The notes beneath the pieces were generated by a model. That model saw nothing but the letters and a program-made list of their open reading frames with translations, did not search any database and was not told the DNA's origin. DNA of 64,000 nucleotides. It comes from Raillietiella orientalis. Taxonomy: Eukaryota. Positions 23,281 through 35,720 of this stretch are shown here, in pieces. Both the position numbers and the translations under genes were made by a program. The stretch is taken from the NCBI GenBank assembly GCA_036172245.1, contig JAYWIR010000017.1:3348001-3412000 (forward strand). Reading direction: 5' to 3'. Numbering within the stretch: position 1 is the first letter of the stretch; each line of letters opens with the position of its first letter.

Positions 23281-26200
23281 ACTAGAGGAATCTTTCTTGC
23301 AGGGACCAAAAACTTTGCATTGATTTCTGGGTTTTCACTCCTACGTAGACTTCTTGAGACTTGTTTTGGATGTGCAGTTGCTTTTTCTGTATGAGTGCAA
23401 AGTCCACCTGTACCAAAGGCAAGCTCTGTGAAAGACCTGAGGTCGGTCCCGCTGAACTATAAGGTCTTCCTGAGACCTCACAGCTCAGCAAGAGAGAAGA
23501 AAGCAGCATTTCCAAACCTTGCCCAGGAACTATTGAATCAGTTTTTTAATAGTCAGTCGTCTTTATTATTACATAGTGAGGATGGCTGACTATTAAGGAC
23601 ATTCGTTTTCTTCATTCCATAGTAAGGTAAAAGAACGCTATTCGTTTCTCAGATGTGCGGCTTTCCGTACCATCCGTTGTCAGTGGCGTAATTAGGATTC
23701 ATTATGTCGTAGGCGATGAATTTTTGACAGACAACGGCCATCCTTCTTTCAGGTCATTTTTTTAAAAAGTGAATGCGCATATTACCTGTCAGCGACGCTT
23801 CTGGTAAGGGTGGACTTTTTTCTTTGATGAAAACTGGGCGTTCAGAATTTCATTCGGTCCAGAGGGTTTTCGAAAGACTCTGAAATGCGTAAATGCGACT
23901 TACTTGCTGCTTCTGTATTACTTGCATTTTCATAGCCATCAATAAAAGATTTTCATCAGATTACGCTCAAAGTTTCATTTAGCCATGCACTCCTAAAGGT
24001 GCTCATCCCTTTTTGTTGAAAAGCAAAGAATCTCCTCGAACGGGGAAAGCTCCGGCGCTCCATGCATCTCTCGGGGCTTGCACCTCTGATCAAATGTGGC
24101 CGACTTATTACAGCAATATCTGGTAAATGATTCTGGTCATCAACGCGATGCCTTTGGGATGTCATCGGAATATTTCACGTGTACTTCTCTCATTCTAACA
24201 TCTCAACGGCGAAAATACAGGACTGCCCTTTGTGGATGTGGGATCGCAGAAGTCAACCAGCTTGAACGGAAGATCCGCAGTCTAAGAAGTAGCCAGTTGC
24301 AGACTGGTTGCCTTTCTCTAGAGAGTATTCTGGAAAACCACATCAAGCGCGTGCCTTGCTGTCATCTTTCCTGTGAATACCATAACTGAGTTACATGTGG
24401 TGATTACTAGGATTTTATGACACCTGAATCTCTCTACAAATAGCATAAAAGTGAAACTGCCTCGATAGCATCAGGATTATCTTCAGGAGCATTCGCAAAA
24501 AAAAAAAAAAAACGTTAGCACGGCAATTCTTTTTCTTTTTTGGATGATAAATCCGTTTGCTGCTCCTCAAATTAGCAAGGGGGATCAAGTCGCATCCCTG
24601 TGTCACTATTTGAAGACACGAAACGCTTCTCTCTGACTAAACTTCCCCAAGTTCATTGCTGATTTCCGATCTACTCTACGTTCGAAAAAAAAAAACTTGA
24701 CAACCGGGTTCGATATGGACACCGATATTCTGAAAACGGGACCCCGGTTCCTCAAATTGCTGGCCTCGTAGCGAGCATGTGACTCGCAGGCATGTGTGAC
24801 TGTGTGGTGCGTGCGTACCTGACCATTTCTGAAAGAAGACAGAGATATTGAAATACGCGTGCAGATCAGAAGAATCATTCAGTCACCTCCCAACTCCAAT
24901 ATGTGACGCCCCAAATGTTCCTCCCATCCCCGTGTCCGAACTCAAGCTTCACCAAAAAACCACGTGCAAACAAGCGATGGCAAAATCCTCGTGTCCTAAT
25001 TGCAAGAGGAAATCATTAATAAAGATAATGATCACATGATATGGTGTAAGCTGGATTAGTTTGATTCGATTTATGCTTGGAATATGTGATGGCATTTCCA
25101 CAAATGACGGTCGCCATCCTTCAATCGGCAGGCGTTAGGAGAGCTGAGTTAGGATTCCAAGAGGAGAAGTCAAGGTCTCTCGCAGTTGGTACTTGTAGTT
25201 CTTGTACGCTGCTACAAGAACGCCTTCGAAAGATTGAGACTTCCGGGAGAGAAAGCATGTTTCGTTCGCAACAGGATAAAGCAATATCGTTCTTGTGATT
25301 GTGAGTCAGTGTTTCAAAATTTTGATGGAAGAATCCGCGATATCGGAGAATCCATCTATTTTCGCTCTCGAACACACACTCTGCGTGTTTGCAATAGAAG
25401 AAACTATCTTGAGGGAAATCAGAATAGATCAAAAGCCTCCTGCTTTAAATTTGAGAAGGGAATCAAGCAAGTAATCGATTTCACAAGAGTCCAGGTTTCG
25501 ATGCTCAGAACAGATGATCAAGTAACAGAAAGAGTGCATCGAGGAACTGAGAGCTGCGCCGAGTTACCAACTTGGAATGAGGCTGCTGTCGCGCAGCACC
25601 ACTGATGGAGACTGTTTTCCAAAGAGCACTCTTATCCGTCAGGGAAACAGTGTGCACACCTAGAAGGAATGCCAGAAAGTGATTCCTGTACGAAAGAGCC
25701 CCCGATGACATCCCCGTAGGACAGTACTGCGACCGTGTACAATGCGCAGGAAATCGTAAACCGGGAGTCAATTTGACTAAAAATGAACCTCCAATGCGTT
25801 TTGGCACCTTTCACTTGGATCACCATGGAGAAGCTGCAAGCGGGAAGCACACTTCCAAGGGTAGCACTCTTGTTTGTGGTGAATTCAGTGCGACTTGGAA
25901 TTTCGTCAGAATCAGGAACTGCTCTCCAATTAATGCAGCCGAGCGTGAAGAAAAATTAGTGAGGCGATGGCACAGTGTCGATGACGGGCGATGAATGATC
26001 AATGATGAACGGATCCTCGAGACACTTGCCACAAAGCTGTATAATTGAGAACGCGTACAGTTCCAAGGTGAAATTAAATTGAAATCTTAAGGAGCAAGGA
26101 GGAATAGTTCCTAATTATCTTAGGAGCTAAACTTTCCCGTTTACAAGGTAATTGCGAACTGCTTCTTTTTTTTTTTTTCTTTTTCTTCTACGAAATGAAC

Positions 26201-29200
26201 GTTCTAGAGGATTGTCGGATGCTAGCGATTTGTCAATTCACGGATATTGCAGAAGAACTCCGTTGATCTTAATGACTTAATGACGAAAGGACCCATGCAG
26301 TTGCTCGCTTCATGGGCTTTCGACCTTGTATTCTGTTAAGAACAACCGAATTGCAATATTCAAATATGCAGCGTGAGTGATTTTTCTACCCCACAGACGA
26401 ATGACTCTCTTTCTCCCCTTAAGTCCTTCAAGACAGCACTTGAGAAATGATTGTTTTGGAGTCACTGATTACCTTTTATTCGCTTTGCCATAATGGGGCT
26501 CCTGAAGACGATTGCTAAAAAGGTTCGTTTTCACGAGTAGGTTGTTTCTTCGATCTCTCCTTGTCCTCCGTAGCCGACAGATCAGCCTTGCACAGCCAAC
26601 ATGTGTGTCAGCCCTAGAACCAGCGTGAGCTGCCAGCAGGAGCTGATCGGATTCCTGGCAGCGAATTTTCTCTTCCTTTCAGAGGGTCGTTTTTACTTTC
26701 ATCTGGGTGGTGGAAAGGATTCAGGAAAGGTCCGTCGCACTGTCCCAGCTTCTCGTACCCACAGGCGTTTTTATGGAATTACTTACTTTTTCATCTCATG
26801 CAAAGAATGGGATGCTACCAAATGCAAAAGGGTGTGGTCTTCCGGGGCAAGTCTCATCACGAGAAGATTTAATGGCATGAGAGACAGGATATTTTCTCTC
26901 GCAAGTGCTTTTTGCTATAAAGTTTCTAACTTCCACTTTCTAAGTTCTACTGACTTTCAAAGTTCCACCAAAACAGAAACCCCGATAACGTCTCAGGTTA
27001 TGTTGGAATTGGACATTTTTTTATTTTTTATTTTTATGTTCTCTAAAAAAAAAAGAAAGGAAAGGAAAAGAAAAGATGGTGCTCTTAGATCGAACTCACT
27101 GTCTGGTGAGTTTCAGAGAAACTCCTGATACTGCCTTTGAGTTACTCCCCCCATTGGGAGATTTTCCTTTTATATGGCTGCTGCCCGTGAGGATAAGAGC
27201 TTGCCATCTTTTTTTTTTAAAATGAATTAAACAATCCATGATACTTCTTTTCTCTAATAATTTCATCGTTCGTACATTAATTAGATACGCGCAGCGTAAA
27301 CCTTGCATTTCCATAAAGGAAAGCACATGAACTCATAACTACGCGCCAAGCAGATCAGCCAGAGTCTCAAATTATGAATTCTCTTTAGCCTTTTTCCCAA
27401 ATTATTTGCATTTTTTAATTTTCCGTTTGATTAAAGACATTCTAGTAAAAAGCGTGGTAGGAGGAGTTATCAAAATTAAGGAGAGAGCAAAACTCGAGAT
27501 GAATCGACATTCGCAGTATTTACATGTGCTACAGATGAAAACGGAAAGGCCCTCTCTTCACACTGCAATCCGTTTTTTGCATGTGCTCATCCAGAAAAAG
27601 CCCTGGGATGATTCTGGCTACTGTTAGCCGCCGTGGAACCCAGTGGGATGGAGTTCTGGTTGATTAAAGGAACGAGTACAGCCAGAACATAAGTTCGCGA
27701 GTTGACGCTACGAATTCGGACTTGCCTTTTGGACAGTCGCAACGGAAGCTGCGCAAGAGATTCTACTAACATCCTGCATATGTATTTGTGCACGTATCTA
27801 CTAAAGGAAGGTGGAATGCAGTGCAAATGAACAAGGAGTACGAAGCACATCAGACTTTCATTAGTTGAAGATAGAGGAATGACGATTTCGACAAGGCTTC
27901 AATCCAAAACTTTGCAAGCAACATGCAACTTGACATTATAGAAACAAGCAGGCAGACGTATCCAAGTACCTAGTTTAATCAATCATTTTTCTCATCAGCG
28001 TGAGTCTAAATTCTATCAAAATTTTCCATCAGAAAACTCATCTAAATTGTAACTGAGTTATAAACGAAGATGATTTATGAATTTTAATACTGATTTGAAT
28101 TGACGTCATCAACGTGGGTGTTGAAAGCACTTTCAGGCTTTTTCAGTATGTCCTCCGGTATCCATATGTTTCCTCCTTGATGAATACATCTTCAGCGGTT
28201 CCAGTTTTCGCTCCCTAGCAATACTTCAGAGAGCTCAAAACTTTCCAGAATGAAAGTTCCATTTCTATTCCTCTGTATTTATCAAGAAGCACTTCGATTA
28301 AAAAAAAAAAGAAAAGAAAAAGAAAACACTTGTTACTTTACGCCACTTCATGTCCTTCCTCATGAAGACACGAATCACATCAAGACGAACCTCTGAGTGG
28401 GCACCAAAGCATTCCATGAAAGATAATCTGGATTCACATTTATAGCTTAATGGCAGGAATAAGAGAGCATACTCATTACTCAGGGAGGCTAAATGAAATC
28501 GGGGATATCCTTAAGGAAGTTAGGAAGGTGTTCTCAAAGAGGAAGTTTAAGAAAAGTGCGATGTGCAATTGGCAGTGCAGCTGCACAAAAAGAAAGAAAG
28601 AAGCCCAGAAAAGCATGATCGCGATGGAAATTATTCCAAGGTCTCCAATTCTCATTTCCTGAAATAAAAAGGTTGATATTTAAGAGGATTTCAAGAAGAA
28701 AAGAACTAGACCATGGCGCTCATACTTCAGAAAGAGAGGAAATGAAATTGTAAGATGAAGAAGGAAGGTCCCAATGATCTAATGAAAGTTGATTTCTGAG
28801 AGGTGTTTATGACGATGGGAAGTCCAATTATAACTTGCACGGAACTATCCAGAAAACGAGATTTATCAATAAATCTCACTTTTTACTCCCTTATAGTTAT
28901 CACTTTATCAGCTGGGAACCGTGCTTTTCGGAGTAGAATTACGCGAGGGTCGTCCGGAGAGGCAGCCATTCTACAGTGTAAACTCAACCACTACCTGATG
29001 TACAGCCACAACGAAGATCTTCGGTAATCCATCCGTTCCAGTTGCTTAGTAACCGCCCAATCTCCAAATATATCACTAAGCCACATCACCAAACCCATCG
29101 CATTTGATATTCTGGGGGCTGTTGCAAATTTTTGCCTTCGAGTTCATTTCCGCTTCGGCCGCGACATCACTGCTAGTTCTTCACTTATCCCAGTGTGATC

Positions 29201-31628
29201 TTAAATGCCTAGTTCAAGTTAGGGCACGATGCTGGAGAAGAAACATCAACGAGACTTTGAATGGATTTTCTTTTAAGTCGGGTGATGCCGACAAGTGTGC
29301 GCAGCAGTTACTCCAAATACAAAGGAAAACTCTGGAAAATACCACTGGTTCACTTTCACCAGTATCAGCCGAATTCTGACGTGTGAGGATTTGGCTTCAG
29401 ACACCAGAGAAGACATCAGCAATACCAGAAAGAAGTCTCTTTCCAAAGCAAACTTCAGCGCTCTGGTTTCTCGACCATTCCACGTATTTTTAAAATTCAT
29501 TTTATTCACGTATACGAGGCTCTATGAATGAACTTTCGAACGCAAATGCCTATTTTCTCTACTTCACTTTGGTTCCACCCAATTTTTCTCCCAGTCCAGA
29601 AGGACCACTATGCCTCTCCTGAGCTTTTCAACGGAACGGATCAGTTTCCAAGTTGCGGATTCCAAGCTTTGTGCGATCCTTTCTATCAGATTCCAGCTCT
29701 AGCGGAGCTACGCTTTATTACATGTACGCGCTTCGGCTGTACATATAATAAAGCTCAGCTCCTTGTGATGGTTCCGTGCAATCAACCGTAGGTTGTGACT
29801 ACAACTTAACCTCCTCCGCTGAGAGTTCTTCCAAAGGATTGTTCAAATCCGAATGAGATTTAGGGACAAACAGGTGATCCTCACTTTTGTCCTTACGTGA
29901 TAGGTGCGTTCCAGGATTTTCACTAGTTCCCGCTCCTTGAGAATTCCTCAACTTCTCTCAATATGTCAGCATCTTCTAATCATTCAAATGATTTTTAGGC
30001 CGATGCGCAGTGATTCTGAGACAAGTCCTTGCATGCTTCCAGGTAAAACAGAAGAGTCAATAACTGGCTGAGAGAGAAGTCGATTTTAAGATAGATTTAT
30101 GACGGTCAGTCCTCCTTGGAGACGTTTGCCTCTCCAGTTCTGCAAATTTAGATGCGAGTCCATTTCATCTGTTCTTTTTCACAAAGATCGCTCCTAATTC
30201 CGAATTGTGTGGCGCGTAATCGCTGGTCGAAGTAGCAGATAGTGGTTTGTTATTTGGGGTTGCATGCGATTACTTCTTCAGAACTACATTCGTGGACGTC
30301 CTTAGATACAGATAATGGTGACGTCAAGTGAGAGATATCCGCTTGTTTTTGTTCTCGAGAATCTTCTGGAGCTGCTTCCACTGAACGAGATTTCTCGAGA
30401 TCGATCCTCCCTTGATGTGCTGTAATTCGTTACTCTTTGTGCTATTCTGTCTCGCCAGGAGCGCGAAGGTCGCATCCCACCACTCCAGGAGATCGCTCAG
30501 CGTGCTGCATAAGTGGGATCTTGCCTTCTGAACTCTCGGAAGCTATCGTGGAACTACCATCATCAACACCTCGCTCCATCCGAAGGTCTCGAATCCTAGA
30601 ACTGGTCGGTTTCATGTAGAAGACACTCCCACAAATGGCAGCGCCTCCTCTGGAGCAGTGCATTCGGTGGCGCCCCAATGAATTCGAGATGCATCTTTGA
30701 TCTCCAAAAACATTGGAATCCATGTGATGTGAAACCCATCCTCTACTGTGCTGTGCCGTGGTACACTGCAGTACGTCCTTGTGGCGTCAAGTGATTTTTA
30801 GTCAGAGTACATCAGACTTTATTTAATCTGCATGTGCAAGCGAAATGGAAAGAAAAATCATAAGAAATGCAATTTCTCTCGTCATTTCCTGACGGCTGCA
30901 TTTTCGATTCAGAGTTGATCCTTTGCTTGTACCGCTTTCTGTTTAATGGAAGCCGATAAAAGAAATTCAGGTTATGTACAGTTACATTGTGAACTCCCAC
31001 TCTTGATATGCAGTTTGGGAAGTCGCAGGCATCTCATAAAACAGCTTTGACTGCCATTGCAAACGAAATCGTCTACAGGTAGAATGACGCTACATCAAGT
31101 GTCATTCTATTGGCTTGTCAAGGTTCGCCCTTTGCGTCATATATAGAGATGTGTTACTCTTAGAGGAAAAAGCAGCGTTCGCAGTCATTCTAATGCACAC
31201 TGCTCTCCAAACGCGCCATGTATGGAGCATCACCAAAACGATTGGTGAGCCGATCGCTGAATCCAAATCAACCAAATTGAAACAAACACATCGGAAAAAA
31301 TACACAATATCACTGTTTCAGCAATTCAAATGAGTAAAATAATTGCTTATAACAAATACAGCAAGGAACCAGTTACTTTAGTAACCGATTACTGGAAAAA
31401 GTGCTATTATAACTGAATCAAGATTTCCATCTAGTAAAAATTTCCTCTTCAAGTCCGATACCAGCTTTTGTGAAAGACGGAATATCCATGGCCAGATCAA
31501 CCTACTTCGAGATAACACGGAAGAGAAGGTATCTGAGAGGGAAACCCATTCGGTCGCTGGGACACGGACATGCATGCCAGTGGGGAATCATTCAGGACCG
31601 TGAGCATGCAATTTCGAGTGGCAGGTCT

Positions 31629-31760
31629 CACATTTTTGTACTGGGCGGTCCCAGGTCAGGGAAAGGTGTGCTTGCGTCTCAATTTCTTTTTGACTAAAAG
31701 CAATCCTTCTTTTTGTGAACGGAACTCGAGTCTGGTCCTGAAGATCAGAGCCGAAGCGAG
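31629..31760 (+). pseudogene. Possible adenylate / UMP-CMP kinase N-terminal relic (P-loop)
   Basis: IFVLGGPRSGKG at 31632-31667 (cf. IFVLGGPGSGKG). After stops and a frameshift, TELESGPE/IRAE (cf. THLSTGDLLRAE). The spacing is about 5 codons too long. Confidence 0.3.
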
Positions 31761-32514
31761 CGAAATGAGGACGGGGAAAAGACGCAGGCTCACAGCACGG
31801 AGAAAACAACAGCAGCCAGCGATCGACAGACTCGATCACACTTTTAAATCCAAATTCTCAGTGCGAGGAAACGAATCTGCGGGGGGAAAAACAATTCCCG
31901 ATAAACTGGAGAAATGAAAATTCACTTGGGCAGATGGGAGGAGGTTGAATGCAGTGAGCACCCCTGCATGAGCAGTCTTCATTTCGTAAGCAACAAGGAG
32001 ATCTCACTGCAGCATCCTCACGCGTTACAGGAAAAAAGAGTCCTCACATCCACATCCCAGAGTAATAAACGGAATTTTCAGTGGTGCCAAGCAGTTTTTC
32101 ACAAATACTGGAACGGAGATTTGATTCCGTTCGAACTCGATCATTAGGATGATAAATCGGACAGTCCATCCCATCGAAAGAATTACATGATGTGAAGGAA
32201 GGTGGAAACTAGAAGTCGAAATGAGTTATGCGCAGATGTTCTTCAAAGGTATTAAGATTCTAAATAATCCATCTACTATTCATTCGGAGATTCTTATGCG
32301 GAATGGTATTTTGATTGGTGTCTAAGGACGGTCTGTATATTGAAGCTTGAAAGAAGCAATCTACTGCCATGGATTCTTTGATTAAGAATGAGATCATGAT
32401 CCTTCCATGAATAAGTAAACTGATATTCCATAATGTAAACTCTGATAAAGCAGCATTTGTGCAAAACGGCAGACCACAAAGCACCGTGGTGCACCAAGAA
32501 AGATATCATTGCGT

Positions 32515-32900
32515 TCATGACAGGAAGACAGTTTCCTCCACCCTAGTTACAAGGCTGAGGCTGATCCAGTTCACGAAGAAAAAGGTTGCGCTCACCCGCA
32601 GCGCGAGAGGAAACGAATTCGAGACGTGACCTTGCTATACAAACAAGAAACTGAACTCGTAAGATTTGCCTGGAACGTATGATCCGTATATTTGACACAC
32701 ATGGATATTTTGCTGACGCTCCTTCGTTAGAACAAGACTGTAGCCACTGAAGAAACTACATTGCGTTGTGGCTTCTGTCCTTCAGATGCACGCAGTCTAT
32801 GTAGCACTGGAATTGCGAAACCACATGGTCGCGTGCGCGTGGTACTTTCTTCTTGGATACTTTGGATCCTGGTTGGCTCCTCAAATCCGGCATGCTGTCA
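32515..32900 (+). mobile_element. Decayed LINE reverse-transcriptase N-terminal part (CR1/L2/Jockey-like)
   Basis: Motifs in the expected order: GRQFPPP*..KAEADPVHEEK (FP..WK.A.V.P.HKKG), IRDVTLL (YRPISLL), CLERMI (KLLERII) and GTFFLDTLD (AIFLDLSKAFD). Confidence 0.4.
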
Positions 32901-33329
32901 TGGAAACAGAAACCTCGTGATTTGTCTGTGAAGCACTGTTACCGCAACCAACTGGTTCTTTAACGAGATAGATGGCGTCGAGAGTAACGGGACTTTACGT
33001 CCAAGAGTTCAGAGTGTTCCACTGTTTCGCTTCCACCTCCAACGAATACTATAAGTTTCTGTTAAGATAACTTGTTTGTAAAGATCTCCTTCAAAAGAAC
33101 TAACTAAAGTGAAGAGATCGTATGTTACGACTGAGAAGCAGTTCTTTAGACGACCTTTAAATTTGATCACTCGGTAATTCTCTATGAAAACCCATAGCTA
33201 CAGAAAAAGCAGTTTCATAAAGATGAACAATTCTCTTCGGAGCAGAAGACTTTGGAAAGTAAAAAAAAAGTAAAAAAAAAAAAAAAAAAAAAAAGGTGAC
33301 CCAGGATTGCTTTTCCGTAAGAATTCTCA

Positions 33330-33915
33330 TGCAAAAATATGCAAAATCACCTCTTGGATCTATCTGCCAAAACTAGTTAGGAAACTTCCAAGTGTGAGGA
33401 GAGAGCCGCGAGACTTTGCACGGATAGCAGAAGGTTGCTGAACTCAGAGGAAAGTGCTTTTGTCTGAAGAATTTCAAAAGCTGCTCAAAAGGAGTATTGG
33501 CTGCTCAAAAAGTATTTTGATCGAGGGAATGTCCCTACGCAGTTGATGGATGAATGGCAATCATGCCGATTTCTTGATGTTGGTGGTCATGAGACAGTGG
33601 TACCAGAATTGTCTTGCCGAGTCTCTCTACCTTTGGGTGATGTAAGGATGCCTTGATTAGGTTCATGAATTCGTTTTGGGGAGTGGCATCATAGGGATGG
33701 ATTGGCCAGAGTACGATGCACCGTTTCTCAAATGAATCCGTTTGCTCCGTTTCCATCCATAGATCGGTAAAGGTTTGTACTGTTCTTTTTAGCTTCCCCG
33801 TTTCTATATCAGCCAATATCCAAACTTTATATGGATTTGCCTCTGAACATTCAGCTGAAGAAGAGCGGGAAAAATGGCAGCGTAGGGTTTCCAGTATCTG
33901 CTTCAGCTTTGCCAT
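33330..33915 (-). pseudogene. TatD-family (TATDN2-like) nuclease relic
   Basis: ORF 33535-33915 aligns with near-correct spacing to TATDN2 motifs: ETLRCHF (DTHCHL), TVQTFTD (CISDFCD), IVLWPIHPYDA (VWGAFGCHPHFA) and ASLHHPKVERLGKT (ALRHPKAVAFGEM). In another frame VILHIF (~33335-33350) resembles the HCF motif. The first His and the catalytic Glu are lost, and a stop and frameshift are present. Confidence 0.55.
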
Positions 33916-34119
33916 CTCGATTAGTGCTTTGTCTCATGACTCGACCGACGCAATTCACATCGTGGATAGGGTCACTCTGTAACAAAAGATGAGCTGACTT
34001 TTGGCTAAACGCCCTTTATTCGCCGGATAGCGCCAGACCACCGGGTCGAACAGAGACGCACTGGGTATCCGAGATCACAAACTTCTCGTCTTGACGGTGC
34101 ACAACAGCGGCACTTCCGG

Positions 34120-34420
34120 TTCTCGCAGAGTCTGGTCCTACCACGGATCCCAAAGAGCCAGCAATGGAGGCTCCCACCGAAGCCTGACCTCCGGAAGCAG
34201 AAGCGCAGAGAGCAATATCGAGGTTCGCTTCTTATATCTCGTGGGCTCTCCTGCTCAATGGAAATGAGTTACCGGAAGTTTTGTCTGCTCTGCGTGCTCC
34301 AGTAAGGAAAAGTACCAAGAAAAGTATGATGGAACTCTACCATACAGAGCGTGGTGCAGTCCAGTTTGCAGTGGATACCAGGTTGCATTCTAGCTCGTGC
34401 TCACACTGCCGTACAGACCT
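34120..34420 (+). mobile_element. Decayed RNase H domain of an I/Nimb/Ingi-type LINE
   Basis: Motifs in order: VWSYHGS..NGG (IYTDGS..GG), EAEAQRAIS (AEL.AI), VLSALR (DS.S.L.AL) and SLQWIPGC (LQWIPGH). Confidence 0.45.
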
Positions 34421-35109
34421 CTATCTATACGGAAACGACTCACTTCAAATACGAGGTGTAGTTTTCTTTTCAAAAGTACTCCACTGTTCGCTCTGAACTG
34501 CTCGGAGATTCCATCCTCACGGGTGCTTCATCTCAAATGTCATCTCGAGCTGCAAGACAAGACTGAACTTATCTCGCTGCTATCTCGTCGGGTCCTGAGA
34601 ACAATTTATGCAGGTCTTTGCATTTTTTTTTTTTTTTTTGCGTCTTATATTCTTTGTTTCGATCACGAAATGCCAAAGGCATCATAGCAAAGGAAACACC
34701 AATGATGATGATAGTTTCCCAAGTAGCTCCAAAGGGAAGAGAAATACCAGAAAACGTGCCTTAGGTTTTCTGATTCAAAGTGAAATAATGATAAAGGAGC
34801 CAATCATTAACGAAATGAACAGGAGCACAAAAAGTTTTTTGAGCACTTCCTGCAGATGTCATGGATGGATGATTATGGGAAAAGAAAGCTAGAAAGGAAT
34901 GATTTCTTGTACAGGGAAGAATATCCTTCAAGATTCTTTAAACGAAGCAAGATCCTGAATTAGTGCTCCACTTTAAACGATCAGGTAGCTGCCTGAACAG
35001 TACTGGAAATGCATGCATTTAGTTTCCAGGTGTGCAATGATAAATGAGGATCCGCAAAATGTGAAATTCCCATTCATAAATTTGATTCGCACGAAGACAA
35101 ATAAGTAAA

Positions 35110-35720
35110 AAATTATTTTAATGAAGAATCATCTCCTGCTATCATCTCACTGACAAGCACCGAGGTATGCATTTCAAAGCAGGCACTGTGAAAAAATGAA
35201 TAATTAAATGATGAGAGGCATTGCTGATAAAAGTTAGTGGTAGCAGAGTGCATGCCTTGGTGCCGTTTCTTAAGCTGCGAACTTGGTGGAATGAACAGTG
35301 GACAGTTGCACTGGTCATCCTCTTCTGTTAGCACGCCACTCCACGGTGGCATCACCTGAAGACGATCGATCCTCCACTGCCTGGAGCGTGATTTATCAAG
35401 GGATATCAGAGCCCAGAGTCACTTCAAAGCCAAAGTAAAAGCCATTGCAACACTTTCCTCATTAGCGACAACGAGAACTATTTCATTTTGTAAACGATAA
35501 ATAATTGTGAGGTGGTCCAAGCAGAATGTGATTATTACATGCTGAGGCGTCAGAATAGGATTTATTTATTCGTTGCCCCCAGGGACAGTGCCTCACGAGT
35601 TTTGCTGCAATGCGTTAGATGTGGACTTTACCGCGCGAAACAATCGGAAAACACGAAATGGAAGGATGTTCCAAAAGACCACCAAACTCAAGTACGGATC
35701 ACGGATACCTGTTTTGATGA
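35110..35720 (-). mobile_element. Decayed 3' end of a CR1/L2/Jockey-like LINE
   Basis: VLEFGG (LEYA..VW), I*RIAAKLVR (LERVQRRATR) and the terminal SFNYSFFHSA (FKYSFFPR) occur in order. Confidence 0.4.

Noticed and set aside
25590..25660. TTDGDCFPKS, resembling an OTU/vertnin-like catalytic motif
   Set aside because: Isolated motif followed by stops; no supporting context.
23681..28348. CAGTGGCGTA ... TACGCCACTT as a possible terminal inverted repeat pair
   Set aside because: Only 9 bp match, no target-site duplication and no transposase between them.
30440..30560. SDLLEWWDATFALLARQ (minus strand), resembling a hAT dimerisation motif
   Set aside because: Too short, and the downstream ERxFS motif is not found.
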